Assembly (NCBI RefSeq): GCF_044704955.1
Contig: NC_091984.1
Coordinates: 145,452,001-145,516,000 of the forward strand
Direction: 5' to 3'
Source: Pristiophorus japonicus
Lineage: Eukaryota
DNA: 64,000 bases
Shown piece after piece: positions 11,522 through 24,310 of the stretch. The stretch's first letter is position 1, and the number at the start of each line of letters is the position of its first letter. Below the pieces are notes generated by a model. It was not told the origin of the DNA, did no database searches, and worked only from the letters and a program-made list of their open reading frames with translations. Made by a program: the position numbers and the translations under genes.

Positions 11522-13486
11522 ACTGTCCTTCAAGGTCAAAGTCACCACGCCACTATCGTTCTATGCCTCGGGTTCTTTTCAGACCACAGCTGGCGACATT
11601 TGCAGACTTTCTCAGCATGCCACACATTGCTGCATTAGACAGGTCACTGAAGCCCTGTACGCACGCAGGAGGGACTTGATCAGCTTCCCTATGACCAGGG
11701 AGGCACAGAGTGAGAGGGTTCGAGGTTTCTTCAGAATTGCAAACTTCCCCAAGATGCAGGGAGCAATAGACTGTACGCACATCACGATGTGGGCACCTTT
11801 TCAGGATGCTGAGGTTTTCAGGAACCGCAAGGGTTCCACTCCCTGAATGTCCAGCTGGTTGTCGACCACCAGCAAATTACACTGGCAGTGAATGCTCAAT
11901 TTCCGGGCAGCATCCATGATGCGCACATCCTGCGTGAGAGCACTGTATCTGATTTGTTTTACAATGAGCCACAAGGTTAATGCTGGATGCTTGGGTACAA
12001 AGGATATGGCCTTGCCACCTTGCTGATGACCCCCTGTGTGACACCCACACTGAGGCCGAGAGGCGATACAACGAGAGCCACAGAGCAACTCGCAATATCG
12101 TGGAGAAAAGATTGGAGTGCTGAAGCAGCGCTTCAGATGCCTGGACCACTCAGAAGGCGAGCTCTAATACCATCCTGAGCAGGTAGCTCAATTCGTGGTG
12201 ATGTGCTCCATGCTGCACAACTTGGCTATCAGGAGGGGACAAGAATTGCCTGATGAGCCTGACAGTCCACCTCACCAGAGAGAGGAAGAGGAGGACGAGG
12301 AGGCGGACGCCGACATCGGGTCAGACAATCAGGCTGATGCTGAAGCCATGCTCCCGCCCTTCTGTAGATCACATGAAAGGGCCCATGGTGGCATGATAGC
12401 TGCAAGAGCCTTATGTCAGGAGCTCATCAATGATCACTTTGCTTGAAAGAACATTGGTGTTATTTCCACTGCTGACACACTGCTAGGTGTGCAGGTCGTA
12501 AATCAATTGTGAGCATCATCTTGCTGACCGTTAAAGTTTACTTTGATTGAAGTTAAGTGTGATTATATCCTTTGATGTTAACGAATCACCAGCGTGTAAC
12601 GGTACAGCTATCTGAGACAATGTGCTGCAAAGTTTTGTTAAATAAAAAACATTTAAACCGAACATTAGTCTGAAATCATCAGTATTTCTATACAAATCAA
12701 TCCTTCCTCCAACCCCCCTGCTTCTCCTCCCCAACACTACCCCTTCCCCTTCCCCTCCTGACTCCAAGCCGTCTGACCACGGAGGTTCTCAGGCGATGCT
12801 TCATTGAGAGGTGGGTGGTGACGGCCGAGGCACTGCTTGGACGGATACGGGAGATGACGGTCCCAAGGTGGGAACGTGCTTCGAGCCAGAAGCAAGATGT
12901 TGCTCCTGGCTCTCATGTGTGGTTGGCAATGGGGTTGCGTCACCTTGGGGTGCAGTGCGGCACTCCAGGACCACTGGGAGCCCTCTGCCACCAGTGTTCC
13001 TGGCTACCAGCTTCAGGGCCTCCTCCATCCCTTCCATGTTATATGTTATTTGTGAGACAAAAACTCGATGCCAACTATGTTCTTGGTGCTTAGTGCGCTT
13101 TTTGCTGCAGGTAAATCTCCCTCGTGCCTCCCACAACAGCCAGACAGGCACACACCACAGCCACACACGCTTTCAGTGCCTCTGAGCTCACTCTCTCTCT
13201 GTCCCCTCTTCTGCGTATGTCATGGTTACCCTTGACCTCCAGAATCGTGGGAATGGACCATTGCCATGCTGTTGCTAAGGACAGCCACACTTTACAACAG
13301 AAGGTCAGAAAATTTAACGCTGCCACCCATTTGATATCGTTCGCGGTAACGCCCATTTTCAAATATATAATCTAAGTGTTTTGTGAATGGGCGAGAAGCC
13401 GGTGATCTGAAAACCTTTTTTTACCGCCCGCGCTGGAAATCACGCCCATTTTTGGGCTCTCAGCTCAAAAGTGGAGCTTCTAGCCC
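11522..13486 (+). mobile_element. PIF/Harbinger DNA transposon remnant with decayed HARBI1-like DDE transposase (11522-12446)
   Basis: Motifs: VKVT..LSFYASGSFQ, GAIDCTHI, FRNRKG, PGSIHDAHIL, IGVLKQRFRCL and CSMLHNLAIRRG. A probable terminus TTCTAGCCC lies at ~13486. Confidence 0.85.
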
Positions 13487-13867
13487 TTGGTGTCTCCAGT
13501 GAGCTTGTTTTCCCCACCCTGGTCAATCAAGTTCAGGGCCTCACGTAACAACTCCATTCTTGTTATGCATGAAGTCAGTTTTGGTCCCTGACCACAGAAT
13601 GTTATTAATTGTCCAGCTTCATTCCAAAAGCTGGTATTAAATTCCAAAAGCTTGTATTAAGCAATTTTTACTTCATGGTCTCCTTCTGTGCTTTTCTGAA
13701 GATTGGTAACCTTACACACAACACCTCACCTCTCCCACCCCCAAAACCACCCCTCTCCCAACCCCAACACCGCCCCCAACTCCCGCCCCCAAAACAACCC
13801 CTCTCCACCCCCCAAAACCCACCTTAAACTGATACACACAGCGGGCAGGACTTATATGGGCACATGT

Positions 13868-14101
13868 GGTGAACCTGTGGAATTCTCTACCACAGAAAGT
13901 TGTTGAGGCCAATTCACTTAATATTTTAAAAAAGAGTTAAATGTAGTCCTTACAACTAGGGGATCAAGGTGTATGGCGAGAAAGCAGGAATGGGGTAGTG
14001 AGGTTGCATGTTCAGCCATGAACTCATTGAATGGCGGTGCAGGCTCGAAGAGCCGAATGGCCGACTCCTGCACCAATTTTCTATGTTTCTATGTTTCTAT
14101 G
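13868..14101 (+). mobile_element. CR1 LINE 3' end
   Basis: GTGAACCTGTGGAATTCTCTACCACAG... ends in the (CTATGTTT)n tail shared with other CR1 copies in the window. Confidence 0.85.
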
Positions 14102-14289
14102 ACCCGCCGCGGGACACATCACCACTGAGGGCTCATGTCCCCTGGCCTCACAATGGAAACCATGGCAACACAGAAGCCGCAGGGGTGGACCAATCACAGC
14201 AAAGTGCTACAGAATGTGCATTTGTGCCTGAGAGAGCAACGAGGAGAGAGCTTCAATCTATTTAACCCTTCGATCCCTGGCTGCCGTCT

Positions 14290-15890
14290 GAAAACTAAGC
14301 CCGAGTTGGGAGAGACAGTGACTACATTATTCCCGCTGTTATTCTGCACCCTGCTCATTCATCTCAACCCCTGTGTTAATGTTTCTCTGCTCAATGGTAC
14401 TGCTCCCCACGGCAAATCCAACCAGAGAGATTTCTCAGCTGGGTGTGAAACATGGAGAAGCAGAGATGGGCATGGACTGTGTGGGGGCACTAAAGGACCC
14501 ACTGGCTCCGACCAATAATAAAACAGTCAGTAAGGACACGGTGAAAAGTGGGGGATGGGACCAGATGATGGACCTGGGCAAGTCCGACAAGGAGGCTGTC
14601 CTGCCGGCCAGAGCGATGGTGAAATACGCTGGCCTCAGCCTGCCTGGCATTGTGGAAGGGCAGGCAGCTCCGATCCTTACCGTCCCAGACTGTCAGCCAA
14701 TCACCGTGGCTTCCTCCTTCGGAGAGCTGTTCAAATCTCCACGGGTTTCACAGCTGCAGCTCACAGACACGCTGGTGAGCAGATTGTTGGGGTGTTTGCT
14801 CTACACGTGTCCAGTTGCTGTGTGTCATGGGCCTGGGCAACATTATAATTGGAGCCCATTACTGGTCTCATAAAGTGACGGTCACGTTGATTAGTCTGAG
14901 CTTTTGACCACACATCCGCAGCATAACTAAGACCGCCTATTTCCATCTCCGTAACATCGCCCGTCACCGCCCCTGCCTCAGCTCATCCGCTGCTGAAACC
15001 TTCATCCATGCCTTTGTTATCTCTGGACTCAACTATTCCAACAAACTCATGGCTGGCCTCCCACATTCTACCCTACGTTACCTAGAGGCGATCCTAAACT
15101 CGGCTGCCCGTGTCCTAACTCGTACCAAGTCCCGCTCACCCATCACCCCTGTGCTCACTGACCTACATTGGCTCCCGGTTAAGTAACGCCTCGATTTCAA
15201 ATTTCACATCCTTATTTTCGAATCGCTCCATGGCCTTGTCCCTCCCTATCTCTCTAATCTCCTCCAGCCCCACAACACCCCCCCGCCCCCACTAGATATC
15301 TGCGTTCCCTAATTCTGCCCTCCTGAGCATCCCTGATTACAATCACTCAACCATTGGTGGCCGTGCCTTCTGTTACCTGGGCCCCAAGTTCTGGAACTCC
15401 CTCCACACACCTCTCCGCCTCTCTATCTCTCTTTCCTCCTTCAAGATGCTCCTTAAACTCTATCTCTTTGACCAGCGCTAATTTCTACTTATGTGGCTCG
15501 GTTTCAAATTTATATCGCATAATACTCCTGTGAAGCGCTTTGGGTCATTTCACTATGTTAAAGGCACTATATAAATACAAGTTGTTGTTGTTTGGGGGAA
15601 CAAGGAGAACCAGAAGGAGGCGATGTTGAGCTTCTCCAAGAACATAATCCAGTTGAGAGCAGACACTATCCAACTGTTTGTAGACAAAACCCACGCAAGG
15701 ATTCAACCGCTCTGCGATGCCGCGTGATAAAGTGTGGGCTGAAGCGCTCAGTGTGCTGGGGAACTTGGCCATGGTGGGAATAGGAGGGTCCAGGTGTTGC
15801 TGCACCTGGATGGAAACAGTGAGCAGGTCACCAGGTCCTGTCGTTCAACACTGTGCTCGGTATTCCCACGTATTGGATCTGCCAAGACTT
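14290..15890 (+). pseudogene. Maestro HEAT-like repeat (MROH1-like) intronless pseudogene, split by an L2 insertion
   Basis: Colinear matches to remembered MROH1 blocks: LFPLLFCTLL, GGWDQMM, ARAMVKYAGLSLP, QPITVASSFGEL, LTDTLVSRLLGCL, EAMLSFSK, RIQPLCD and LLHLDGNSEQVTRSCRSTL. Frameshifts are present. Confidence 0.7.
14900..15592 (+). mobile_element. L2 LINE 3' fragment
   Basis: Encodes the ETFIHAFVISGLNYSN / RSPITPVLTDLHWLPV region and ends TATATAAATACAAGTTGTTGTTGTT. Confidence 0.85.
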
Positions 15891-16133
15891 CCTCAGTAAC
15901 TGAGAATGATCCAGGGGAATCCAAAGGGACTACATGGACTCCCTCTGTAACTGAGAATGATCCAGGGGAACCCAACAGGGGCTAGGTGGACTTCCTCAGT
16001 AACTGAGAATGATCCAGGGGAATCCCACAGGGGCTACATAGACTTCCTCAGTAACTGAGAATGAGCCAGGGGAACCCAACAGGGGCTAGGTGGACTTCCT
16101 CAGTAACTGAGAATGATCCAGGGGAATCCCACA
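15887..16133. repeat. ~52-bp tandem repeat, 5 units
   Basis: GTAACTGAGAATG recurs at 15896, 15947, 15999, 16051 and 16103. Confidence 0.9.
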
Positions 16134-16685
16134 GGAACATACCATTATTGTTGCCGGAGGAGAAGAGAAGAGTGAGAAGTGAGGAACATATCATTATTGT
16201 CCCCAGGGCGGGGAGAGAGGAGATGAATATACCATTATTGTACCGGGGTGCGGGGGGGGGGAGAGGAGAGGGAGAGGTGAGGAACATACCAATATTGTCC
16301 CTGGGGAGGTGTGTGGGGAGGAACCTACCATTAGTGTCCCCGGCGGGGGAGAAGAGAGGGAGAGGTGAGGAAGATGCAATTATTGTTCTGTTGGGGAGAG
16401 TGAGAGGTGAGGAACATACTACTATTGTCCATGGAGGGGGGTGGAGAGGAGAGGAACATACCATTATTCTCCCCGGCGGGGTGGGGAGAGTTGAGGAACC
16501 TGCCATTATTGTCCCCAGGGGGAGAGCAGTGAGGAACATACCATTATTGTCCCCAGGGGTGGAGAGGAGAGGGTGAGGTGAGGAACATACCATTATTGTC
16601 CCCGGCAGGGGAGTTGGGGGGGGCGGTGGGTGCGGGGGCGAGGAGAGTGCGGGGTGAGGAATTTACCATTATATTCCCCACAGGG
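16133..16685. repeat. Degenerate ~40-50 bp satellite (GAGGAACATACCATTATTGTCCCC plus G/A-rich spacer)
   Basis: The core motif is repeated about 12 times. The same family occurs at 56770-57035. Confidence 0.85.
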
Positions 16686-16699
16686 GTAGATGTGTGGAC

Positions 16700-19600
16700 C
16701 GTCGGCGAGAGATGACAGTCCGGGGTCGAGGAGGCCTATAAAGGCCGGAAGATCAGGAATCGGGCAGCGTCGAAGAGAGGCGACAGTCCGGGGTCAGCGA
16801 GAGGCCAAGAAAGGCCGCAAGATCAGGAGTCGGGCAGCATCGGAGAGAGGCGACAGTCCGGGGTCAGCGAGAGGCCAAGAAAGGCCGCAAGATCAGGAGT
16901 CGGGCAGCGTCGGAGAGAGGTGACAGTCCGGGGTCAGTGAGAGGCCTATAAAGGCCCGGCTTGTACAGCTACAGGGAGAAGGCAAAAAAGAAGTAGAAAG
17001 AAATAGAAAGGTGATGTCACAGCCAAGTGGGCAAGTGTTTGGCTGGTGATTGGTTCTTATTTCTCTTCTATATCAGTGAGTAACTTTTAGCATTATTGTT
17101 GCCAATTTAGTTTAATCTAAGGGTTAAGTCATGGTAGGAGAGCTCGGCCACGTGTTATGCTCCTCGTGTACTATGTGGGAAATCAGGGACGCCTTCGGTG
17201 TCCCTGACGACTATGTGTGCGGGAAGTGTATCTGCCTCCAGCTCCTGACAGACCGCGTTGCAGAATTCGAGCTGAAGGTGGATTCACTCTGGAGTGATGA
17301 CGTGAATAGCACGTTTAGTGAGTTAGTCTACCCCAGGTAAAGGGTCCACAGCCAGATAGGGAATGGAAAACCAACAGGAAGAGTAGTGCAAGGAAAGTAG
17401 TGCAGGGATCCCCTGCGGTCATCCCCCTGCAAAACAGATACACCGCTTTGAGTACTGTTGAGGGGGATGACTCATCAGGGGGGAACAGCAGCAGCCAAGT
17501 TCATGGCACCATGGCTGGCTCTGCTGCACAGGAGGGCAGGAAAAAGAGTAGGAGAGCGATAATGATAGGGGATTCAATTGTATGGGGAATAGATCGGCGT
17601 TTCTGCGGCCGCAACTGAGACTCCAGGATGGTATGTTGCCTCCCAGGTGCAAGGGTCAAGGATGTCTCACAGCGGGTGCAGGACGTTCTGAAAAGGGAGG
17701 GTGAATAGCCAGTTGTCATGGTGCACATTGGTACCAACGATATAGGTAAAAAACGGGATGAGGTCTTACGAGACGAATTTAAGGAGCTAGGAGCTAAATC
17801 AAAAAGTAGGGCCTCAAAAGTAGTAATCTCGGAATGGCTACCAGTGCCACGTGTGAATCAGAGTAGGAATTGCAGGATAGCTCACATGAATACGTGGCTT
17901 GACCAGTGGTGCAGCAGGGAGGGATTCAAATTCCTGGGGCATTGGAACCGGTTCTGGGGGAGGTGGGACCAGTACAAACCGGACGGTCTGCACCCAGGCA
18001 AGACTGGAACCAAGGTCCTAGGAGGAGTGTTTGCTCGTGCTGTTGGGGAGGAGTTAAACTAATATGGCACGAGGGTGGGAACCAATACAGGGAGACAGAG
18101 GGAAACAAAATGGAGACAGAAGCAAAAGACAGAAAGGAGATGAGTAAAAGTGGAGGGCAGAGAAACCCAAGGCAAAAAACAAAAAGGGCCACTTTGCAGC
18201 AAAATTCTAAAGGGTCTAAGTGTGCTAAAAAGGCAAGCCTGAAGGCTCTGTGCCTCAATGTGAGGAGTATTCGGAATAAGGTGGACGAATTAACTGTGCA
18301 GAGAGCAGTTAACGGAAATGATGTGGTTGGCATCACGGAGACATGGCTCCAGGGTGACCAAGGCTGGGAACTCAACATCCAAGGGTATTCAACATTTAGG
18401 AAGGATAGACAGAAAGGAAAAGCAGGCGGGGTGGCATTGCTGGTTAAAGAGGAAATTAATGCAATTTTAAGGAAAGACATTAGCTTGGATGATGTGGAAT
18501 CAGTATGGGTGAAGCTACGGAGTACCAAGGGGGAGAAAACGTTAGTGGGAGTTGTGTACAGACCTCCAAACAGTAGTAGTGATGTTGGGGAGGGCATCAA
18601 ACAGGAAATTAGGAGTGCATGCAATAAAGGTGCAGCAGTTATCATAGGTGACTTTAATATGCACATAGATTGGGCTAACCAAACTGGAAACAATACGGTG
18701 GAGGAGGATTTCCTGGAGTGCATAAGGGATGGTTTTCTAGACCAATATGTCGAGGAACCAACTAGTGGGGAGGCCATCTTAGACTGGGTGTTGTACAATG
18801 AGAGAGGATTAATTAGCAATCTCGTTGTGCGAGGCCCCTTGGGGAAGAGTGACCATAATATGGTGGAATTCTACATTAGGATGGAGAATGAAACAGTTAA
18901 TTCAGAGACCATGGTCCAGAACTTAAAGAAGGGTAACTTTGAAGGTATGAGGCGTGAATTGGTGAGGATAGATTTGCGAATGATACTTAAGGGGTTGACT
19001 GTGGATGGGCAACGGCAGACATTTAGAGACCGCATGGATGAACTACAACAATTGTACATCTCTGTCTGGCGTAAAAATAAAAAAGGGAAGGTGGCTCAAC
19101 CGTGGCTATCAAGGGAAATTAGGGATAGTATTAAAGCCAAGGAAGTGGCATACAAATTGGCCAGAAATAGCAGCGAACCCGGGGACTGGAAGAAATTTAG
19201 AACTCAGCAGCGGAGGACAAAGGGTTTGATTAGGGCAGGGAAAATAGAGTACGAGAGGAAGCTTGCAGGGAACATTAAAATGGACTGCAAAAGCTTCTAT
19301 AGATATGTAAAGAGAAAAAGATTAGTAAAGGCAAACGTAGGTCCCCTGCAGTCAGGGGAATTCATAACTGGGAACAAAGAAATGGCAGACCAATTGAACA
19401 AGTACTTTGGTTCAGTATTCACTAAGGAGGACCTTTATATACATTCCGGATATAAAAGGGGTCAGAGGGTCTAGTAAGAAGGAGGAACTGAGGGAAATCC
19501 TTATTAGTCGGGAAATTGTGTTAGGGAAATTGATGGGATTGAAGGCCGATAAATCCCCAGGGCCCTGATGGTCTGCATCCCAGAGTACTTAAGGAGGTGG

Positions 19601-20355
19601 CCTTGGAAATAGCGGATGCATTGACAGTCATTTTCCAACATTCCATAGACTCTGGATCAGTTCCTATGGAGTGGAGGGTAGCCAATGTAACCCCACTTTT
19701 TAAAAAAGGAGGGAGAGAGAAAACAGGGAATTATCGACTGGTCAGCCTGACATCGGTAGTGGGTAAAAGGTTCTGTGCTGGGGCCCCAGCTGTTTACATT
19801 GTACATTAATGATTTAGATGAGGGGATTAAATGTAGTATCTCCAAATTTGCGGATGACACTAAGTTGGGTGGCAGTGTGAGCTGCGAGGAGGATGTTATG
19901 AGGCTGCAGAGTGACTTGGATAGGTTAGGTGAGTGGGCAAATGCATGGTAGATGAAGTATAATGTGGATAAATGTGAGGTTATCCACTTTGAGGGTAAAA
20001 ACAGAGAGACAGACTATTATCTGAATGGTGACAGATTAGGAAAAGGGGAGGTGCAATGAGACCTGGGTGTCATGGTACATCAGTCATTGAAGGTTGGCAT
20101 GCAGGTACAGCAGGCGGTTCAGAAAGCAAATGGCATGTTGGCCTTCATAGTGAGGGGATTTGAGTACAGGGGCAGGGAGGTGTTGCTACAGTTGTACAGG
20201 GCCTTGGTGAGGCCACACCTGGAGTATTGTGTACAGTTTTGGTCTCCTAACTTGAGGAAGGACGTTGTTGCTATTGAGGGAGTGCAGCGAAGGTTCACCA
20301 GAATGATTCCCGGGATGGCGGGACTGACATATCAAGAAAGACTGGATCAACTGGG
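16700..20355 (+). mobile_element. Near full-length CR1 LINE: 70-bp 5'UTR repeats, ORF1 (Zn finger + SGNH esterase) and ORF2 (APE endonuclease + RT) with internal deletion
   Basis: ORF1 motifs: CSSCTMWE..CGKC, IGDSIV, VHIGTNDIG and DGLH. ORF2 motifs: GITETWL, GVVYRPP, IGDFN, SDHNMV and RPHLEYCVQFWSP. The sequence jumps at ~19765, and the 3' end is replaced by a minisatellite. Confidence 0.93.
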
Positions 20356-20850
20356 CTCGGCTCATGGGACGTGGACATGGCTCACGTGGCGTGGACTCGG
20401 CCCACGGGGGGTGGACTCGGGCCACGGGGCGCGGACACGGCTCACGGGGCGCGGACTCGGCTCACGGGGCGCGGACACGGCTCACGGGGCGCGGACTCGG
20501 CTCACGGGGCGCGGACTCGGCTCACGGGGCGCGGACACGGCTCACGGGGCGCGGACTCGGCTCACGGGGCGCGGACACGGCTCACGGGGTGCGGACACGG
20601 CCCACGGGGGGCGGACACGGCCCACGGGGCGCGGACACGGCTCACGGGGCGCGGACTCGGCCCACGGGGCGCGGACACGGCTCACGGGGCGCGGACACGG
20701 GGAGCGGGGAGCGGTCTCGGCTCACGGGGCGCGGACTCGGCTCACGGGGCGCGGACCGGACTCGGCCCACGGGGCGCGGACTTGGCCCACGGGGCGCGGA
20801 CATGAGGAGTGGGGAGCGGACGCGGCTCACGGGCGCAGACACGGCTCAGG
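20356..20850. repeat. 20-bp CpG-rich minisatellite (GGCTCACGGGGCGCGGAC[A/T]C)n
   Basis: About 24 near-perfect units, directly visible. Confidence 0.95.
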
Positions 20851-20979
20851 GAGCGCTCTCCATTTCGCCCCCTGCACCACCCCACTTCCCAGGGAAGACA
20901 ATGTCACACCCCGTCAGCGCCCCCCGGAGGCACTAAATGCAGACACACAGAGGGGGAATTTCATCCCCAATCTGTTTTT

Positions 20980-21265
20980 GTGATGTTAATTGAGGGATAA
21001 ATATTGGCCAGGACACCGGGGAGAACTCCCCTGCTCTTCTTCAAAATAGTGGCATGGGATCGTTAACAGCCACCTGAGAGAGCAGACAGGGTCTCGGTTT
21101 AATCTCTCGCCTGAAAGACAGCCCCTCCGACAGTGCGGCACTCCCTCAGTACTGCACCGGAACTGTCAGTCTCAATTTTGGAGCTTAGTCTCTGGAGTGG
21201 AACTTAAACCCACAACCTTCCGACTACAGAGGCAAGTGTGGTGCCCATTGAGTCACAGCTGACTG
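20980..21265 (-). mobile_element. Deu-domain SINE (SacSINE1/AmnSINE-like)
   Basis: The minus strand reads GCAGTACTGAGGGAGTGCCGCACTGTCGGAGG...GATCCCATGCCACTATTTTGAAGAAGAGCAGGGGAGTTCTCCCCGGTGTCCTGGCCAATATTTATCCCTCAA. Confidence 0.8.
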
Positions 21266-21399
21266 ATCCATCCACAGAGTTCGCCCTCAGTGGGGTGAAC
21301 AAATCCAGAAATTATGGCCTGAATGATGTAGGCTAGGCCGTTACTTGCTTTTCTATAGTTTTAAGTTTATTTCTGCTAAGTTAGTTCTTTGACTATTAA

Positions 21400-24165
21400 A
21401 TAGAGGCATAGCAGGGCAGTTCTGTCCCGTGCAGTGCACATCCTGTGCCATGTGGGAAGTCCTGGACACTTCTCGTGGCCTGGACGACCACATGTGCAGG
21501 AAGTGTCACCAGCTACAGCAACTCGAGCTCCGCGTTTCGAAGATTGAGCGGCGGCTGGAGTTACTGCGGTGCATCCGCGAGGCTGAGAACTTCGTGGATA
21601 GCACGTATCTAGAGGTGGCCACCCCGCAGCTTAAGAGTGTGCAGGCCGAGAGGGAATGGGTGACCACCAGACAGAAGAGGAGGTCCAGGCAGGTAGTGCA
21701 GGAGTCCCCTGAGTCCATCTCACTCTCCAACCAGTATTGTGTTCTGAGTACTGGTGGGGGCGATGGTGTCTCTAGGAAGTGCAGCCAGACCCAAGTCCAC
21801 GGCACCACGGGTGGCTCAGCTGCACAGGGGGGAGGAAGAAGAGTGGAAGAGCAATAGTGGTAGGGGATTCGATAGTTAGGGGAACAGACAGGCATTTCTG
21901 CGGCTGCAGACATGACTCCAGGATGGTATGTTGCCTCCCTGGTGCCAGGGTCAAGAATGTCACTGAGTGGCTGCAGTACATTCTGAGGGGGGAGGGTGAA
22001 CAACCAGAGGTTGTGGTCCATATCAGTACCAATGACATAGGTAGAAAGAGGGATGAGGTCCTACAGGCAGAGTTTAGGGAGCAAGGAGAGAGATTAAAAA
22101 GCAAGACCTCAAAGGTAGTAATCTCCGGATTACTCCCAGTGCCACGTGCTAGTGAGTACAGAAATATGAGGATAGAGCAGATGAATGCGTGGCTGGAGAG
22201 ATGGTGCAGGAGGGAGGGCTTTAGTTTCCTGAGGCATTGGGACTGTTTCTGTGGGAGGTGGGACCTGTACAAACCGGACGGGTTGCATCTCAACAGAGCT
22301 GGAATCAATATTCTTGCAGGGATGTTTGCTTGTGCTGTTTGGGAGGGTTTAAACTAGCTTGGCAGGGGGATGGGAACTGGAGAATAGATTCAGTGGGGAG
22401 AGAAGCAAAGCTGGAATTGGAAAGCAGAAAAGGAGAAATTGAATTTGTAAGGCAGAGGAAACAAATCTAGAAAATAGACAGCAAGGCAGTTTGGGAGTGC
22501 TCAATGGTATATACTTCAAGCAAGGAGGATAGGGAATAAGGCAGATGAGCTGAGAGCACAGATAGACACTTGGGAGTACGATATTATAGCTATTACTGAG
22601 TCATGGCTGAAAGAAGGGCAGGTATGGCAGCTCAACATTCCTGGTTACAGGATTTCAAACGGGATAGAGAGGGGGATAAAAAAGGAGGGGGTCGCAGTTG
22701 TGAAACAATTGAAAGAAACAATTACAGCTGTGAGGAGGGATGATATGTCGGAAGGATCATCAAATGAGGCCATATAGGTCAAATTGAAGAACGAAAAAGG
22801 GGTAATCACACTGCTGGGAGTGTACTATAGACCCCCAAACAGTCAGAGGGAGAGAGAAGATCAAATATGTGGGCACATTTCTGACACGTGCAAAAACTGT
22901 AGGGCAGTTATAGCAGGGGATTTCAACTACCCTAATATTAACTGGGATAAAATTAGTGTGAAAGGTATAGAGGGTCCGGAATTTAAAAAATGCATTCAGG
23001 AGAACTTTTTTAGCCAGTATGTAACGAGCCCAACAAGGGAGGGGACGGTTCTGGACTTGGTTTTGGGGAATGAAGAGGGGCAGGTGGAAGGGGTATCAAT
23101 GGGAGAGCATTTTGGTGCCAGTGATCATAATTCAGTTAGATTTAGGGTAGTTGTAGAAAAGGACAAAGATAGACCAGGAATAAAAGTTATCAACTGGGGA
23201 AAAGCCAATTTTGCTGAGTTGAGATGAGATTTGGCCAAAGTGGACTGGAAACGGCTACTTGAAGGTAAATCAGTGTCAGAGCAGTGGGAGGCATTCAAGG
23301 GGGAAATCCTGTGGTTTCAGAGTAAGTCTGTTCCCTTAAAGAAAAAGGGTGGGACTAACAAATCTCGAGGCCCTGGATGTCAAGGGAAATACAGTGGAGG
23401 ATAAAGTAAAACAGGGGAGGCTTATGGCAGATACCGAGGGTTCAATACTGCAGGAACTTTCGAGGAGTATAGATAGTGCAGGGATGCAATTAAAAAGGAA
23501 ATTAGGAAAGCAAAGAGAGAGCATGAAAACTTTTTGGCAAGTAAAATCAAGGAAAACCCAAAGTTGTTTTATAAATACATTTAGAGAAAGAGGATAATTA
23601 AAGACAGAGTCTGGCCTATTGGAGACCATAAAGGTAATCTGTGTGTGGTGCATATGATGTATGATAGGTCCCACATGGCAGATTGGTCATGAAAATAAAA
23701 GCCCATGGGATCCAGGGCAAAGTAGCAAGTTGGATCCAAAATTGTCTCAGAGGCCGGGAGCAAAGGGTAATGGCTGATGGGTGTTTTTGTGACTGGAAGG
23801 CTGTTTCCTGTGGGGTTCCACAGGGCTCAATGCTGGGAGCCTTGCTTTTTGTGGTATATATCAATGATTTAGACTTGAAGATTGGGGATATGATAAAGAA
23901 GTTTGCAGATGATAGTAAAATCTGCTGAGTGGCTGATAATGAAGGAGAAAGCTGTAGACTGCAAGAAGATATCAATGAAATGGTCAAGTGGGCAGAACAG
24001 TGGCAAATGGAATTTAATCCGGATAAGTGTGAGGTAATGCATTTGGGGAGGTCGAACAAGGCAAGGGAATACACATTGAATGGCAGGACACTGAGAGGTG
24101 TAGAGGAACAAAGGGACCTTGGTCTGCATGTCCATAGATCCCTGAAGGTAGCAGGCCAGGTAGAT
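21400..24165 (+). mobile_element. CR1 LINE (second family), decayed ORF1 and deleted ORF2
   Basis: Motifs: CTSCAMWE..CRKC, VGDSIV, LGVYYRPP, AGDFN, GVPQGSMLG and KFADD. Confidence 0.9.
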
Positions 24166-24310
24166 GGGTTTTTACGACAATCCGGCAGTTTCATGGTCAC
24201 CATTACTGACACTAGCTTTTTATTCCAGATTTATTGAATTAACTGAATTTAAATTTTCCAGCTGCTGTGGTGGGATTTGAACTTGTGTCTCTGGATCATT
24301 AATCCAGGCC
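24165..24310 (-). mobile_element. tRNA-derived SINE fragment
   Basis: The minus strand contains the B-box-like AGTTCAAATCCCACCACAGCAGCTGG and interrupts CR1 sequence. Confidence 0.5.

Noticed and set aside
11522-12446. Host HARBI1 gene
   Set aside because: 5'-truncated, frameshifted, with stops and the catalytic GD changed to GY. It is a transposon copy, not the domesticated gene.
15887-16685. CRISPR-like appearance (palindromic repeat; conserved core with variable spacers)
   Set aside because: Vertebrate context and no cas genes. The spacers are either near-identical or low-complexity G/A runs, so these are tandem repeats.
20364-20936. Arg/Gly-rich ORFs
   Set aside because: Translations of the 20-bp minisatellite in all frames.
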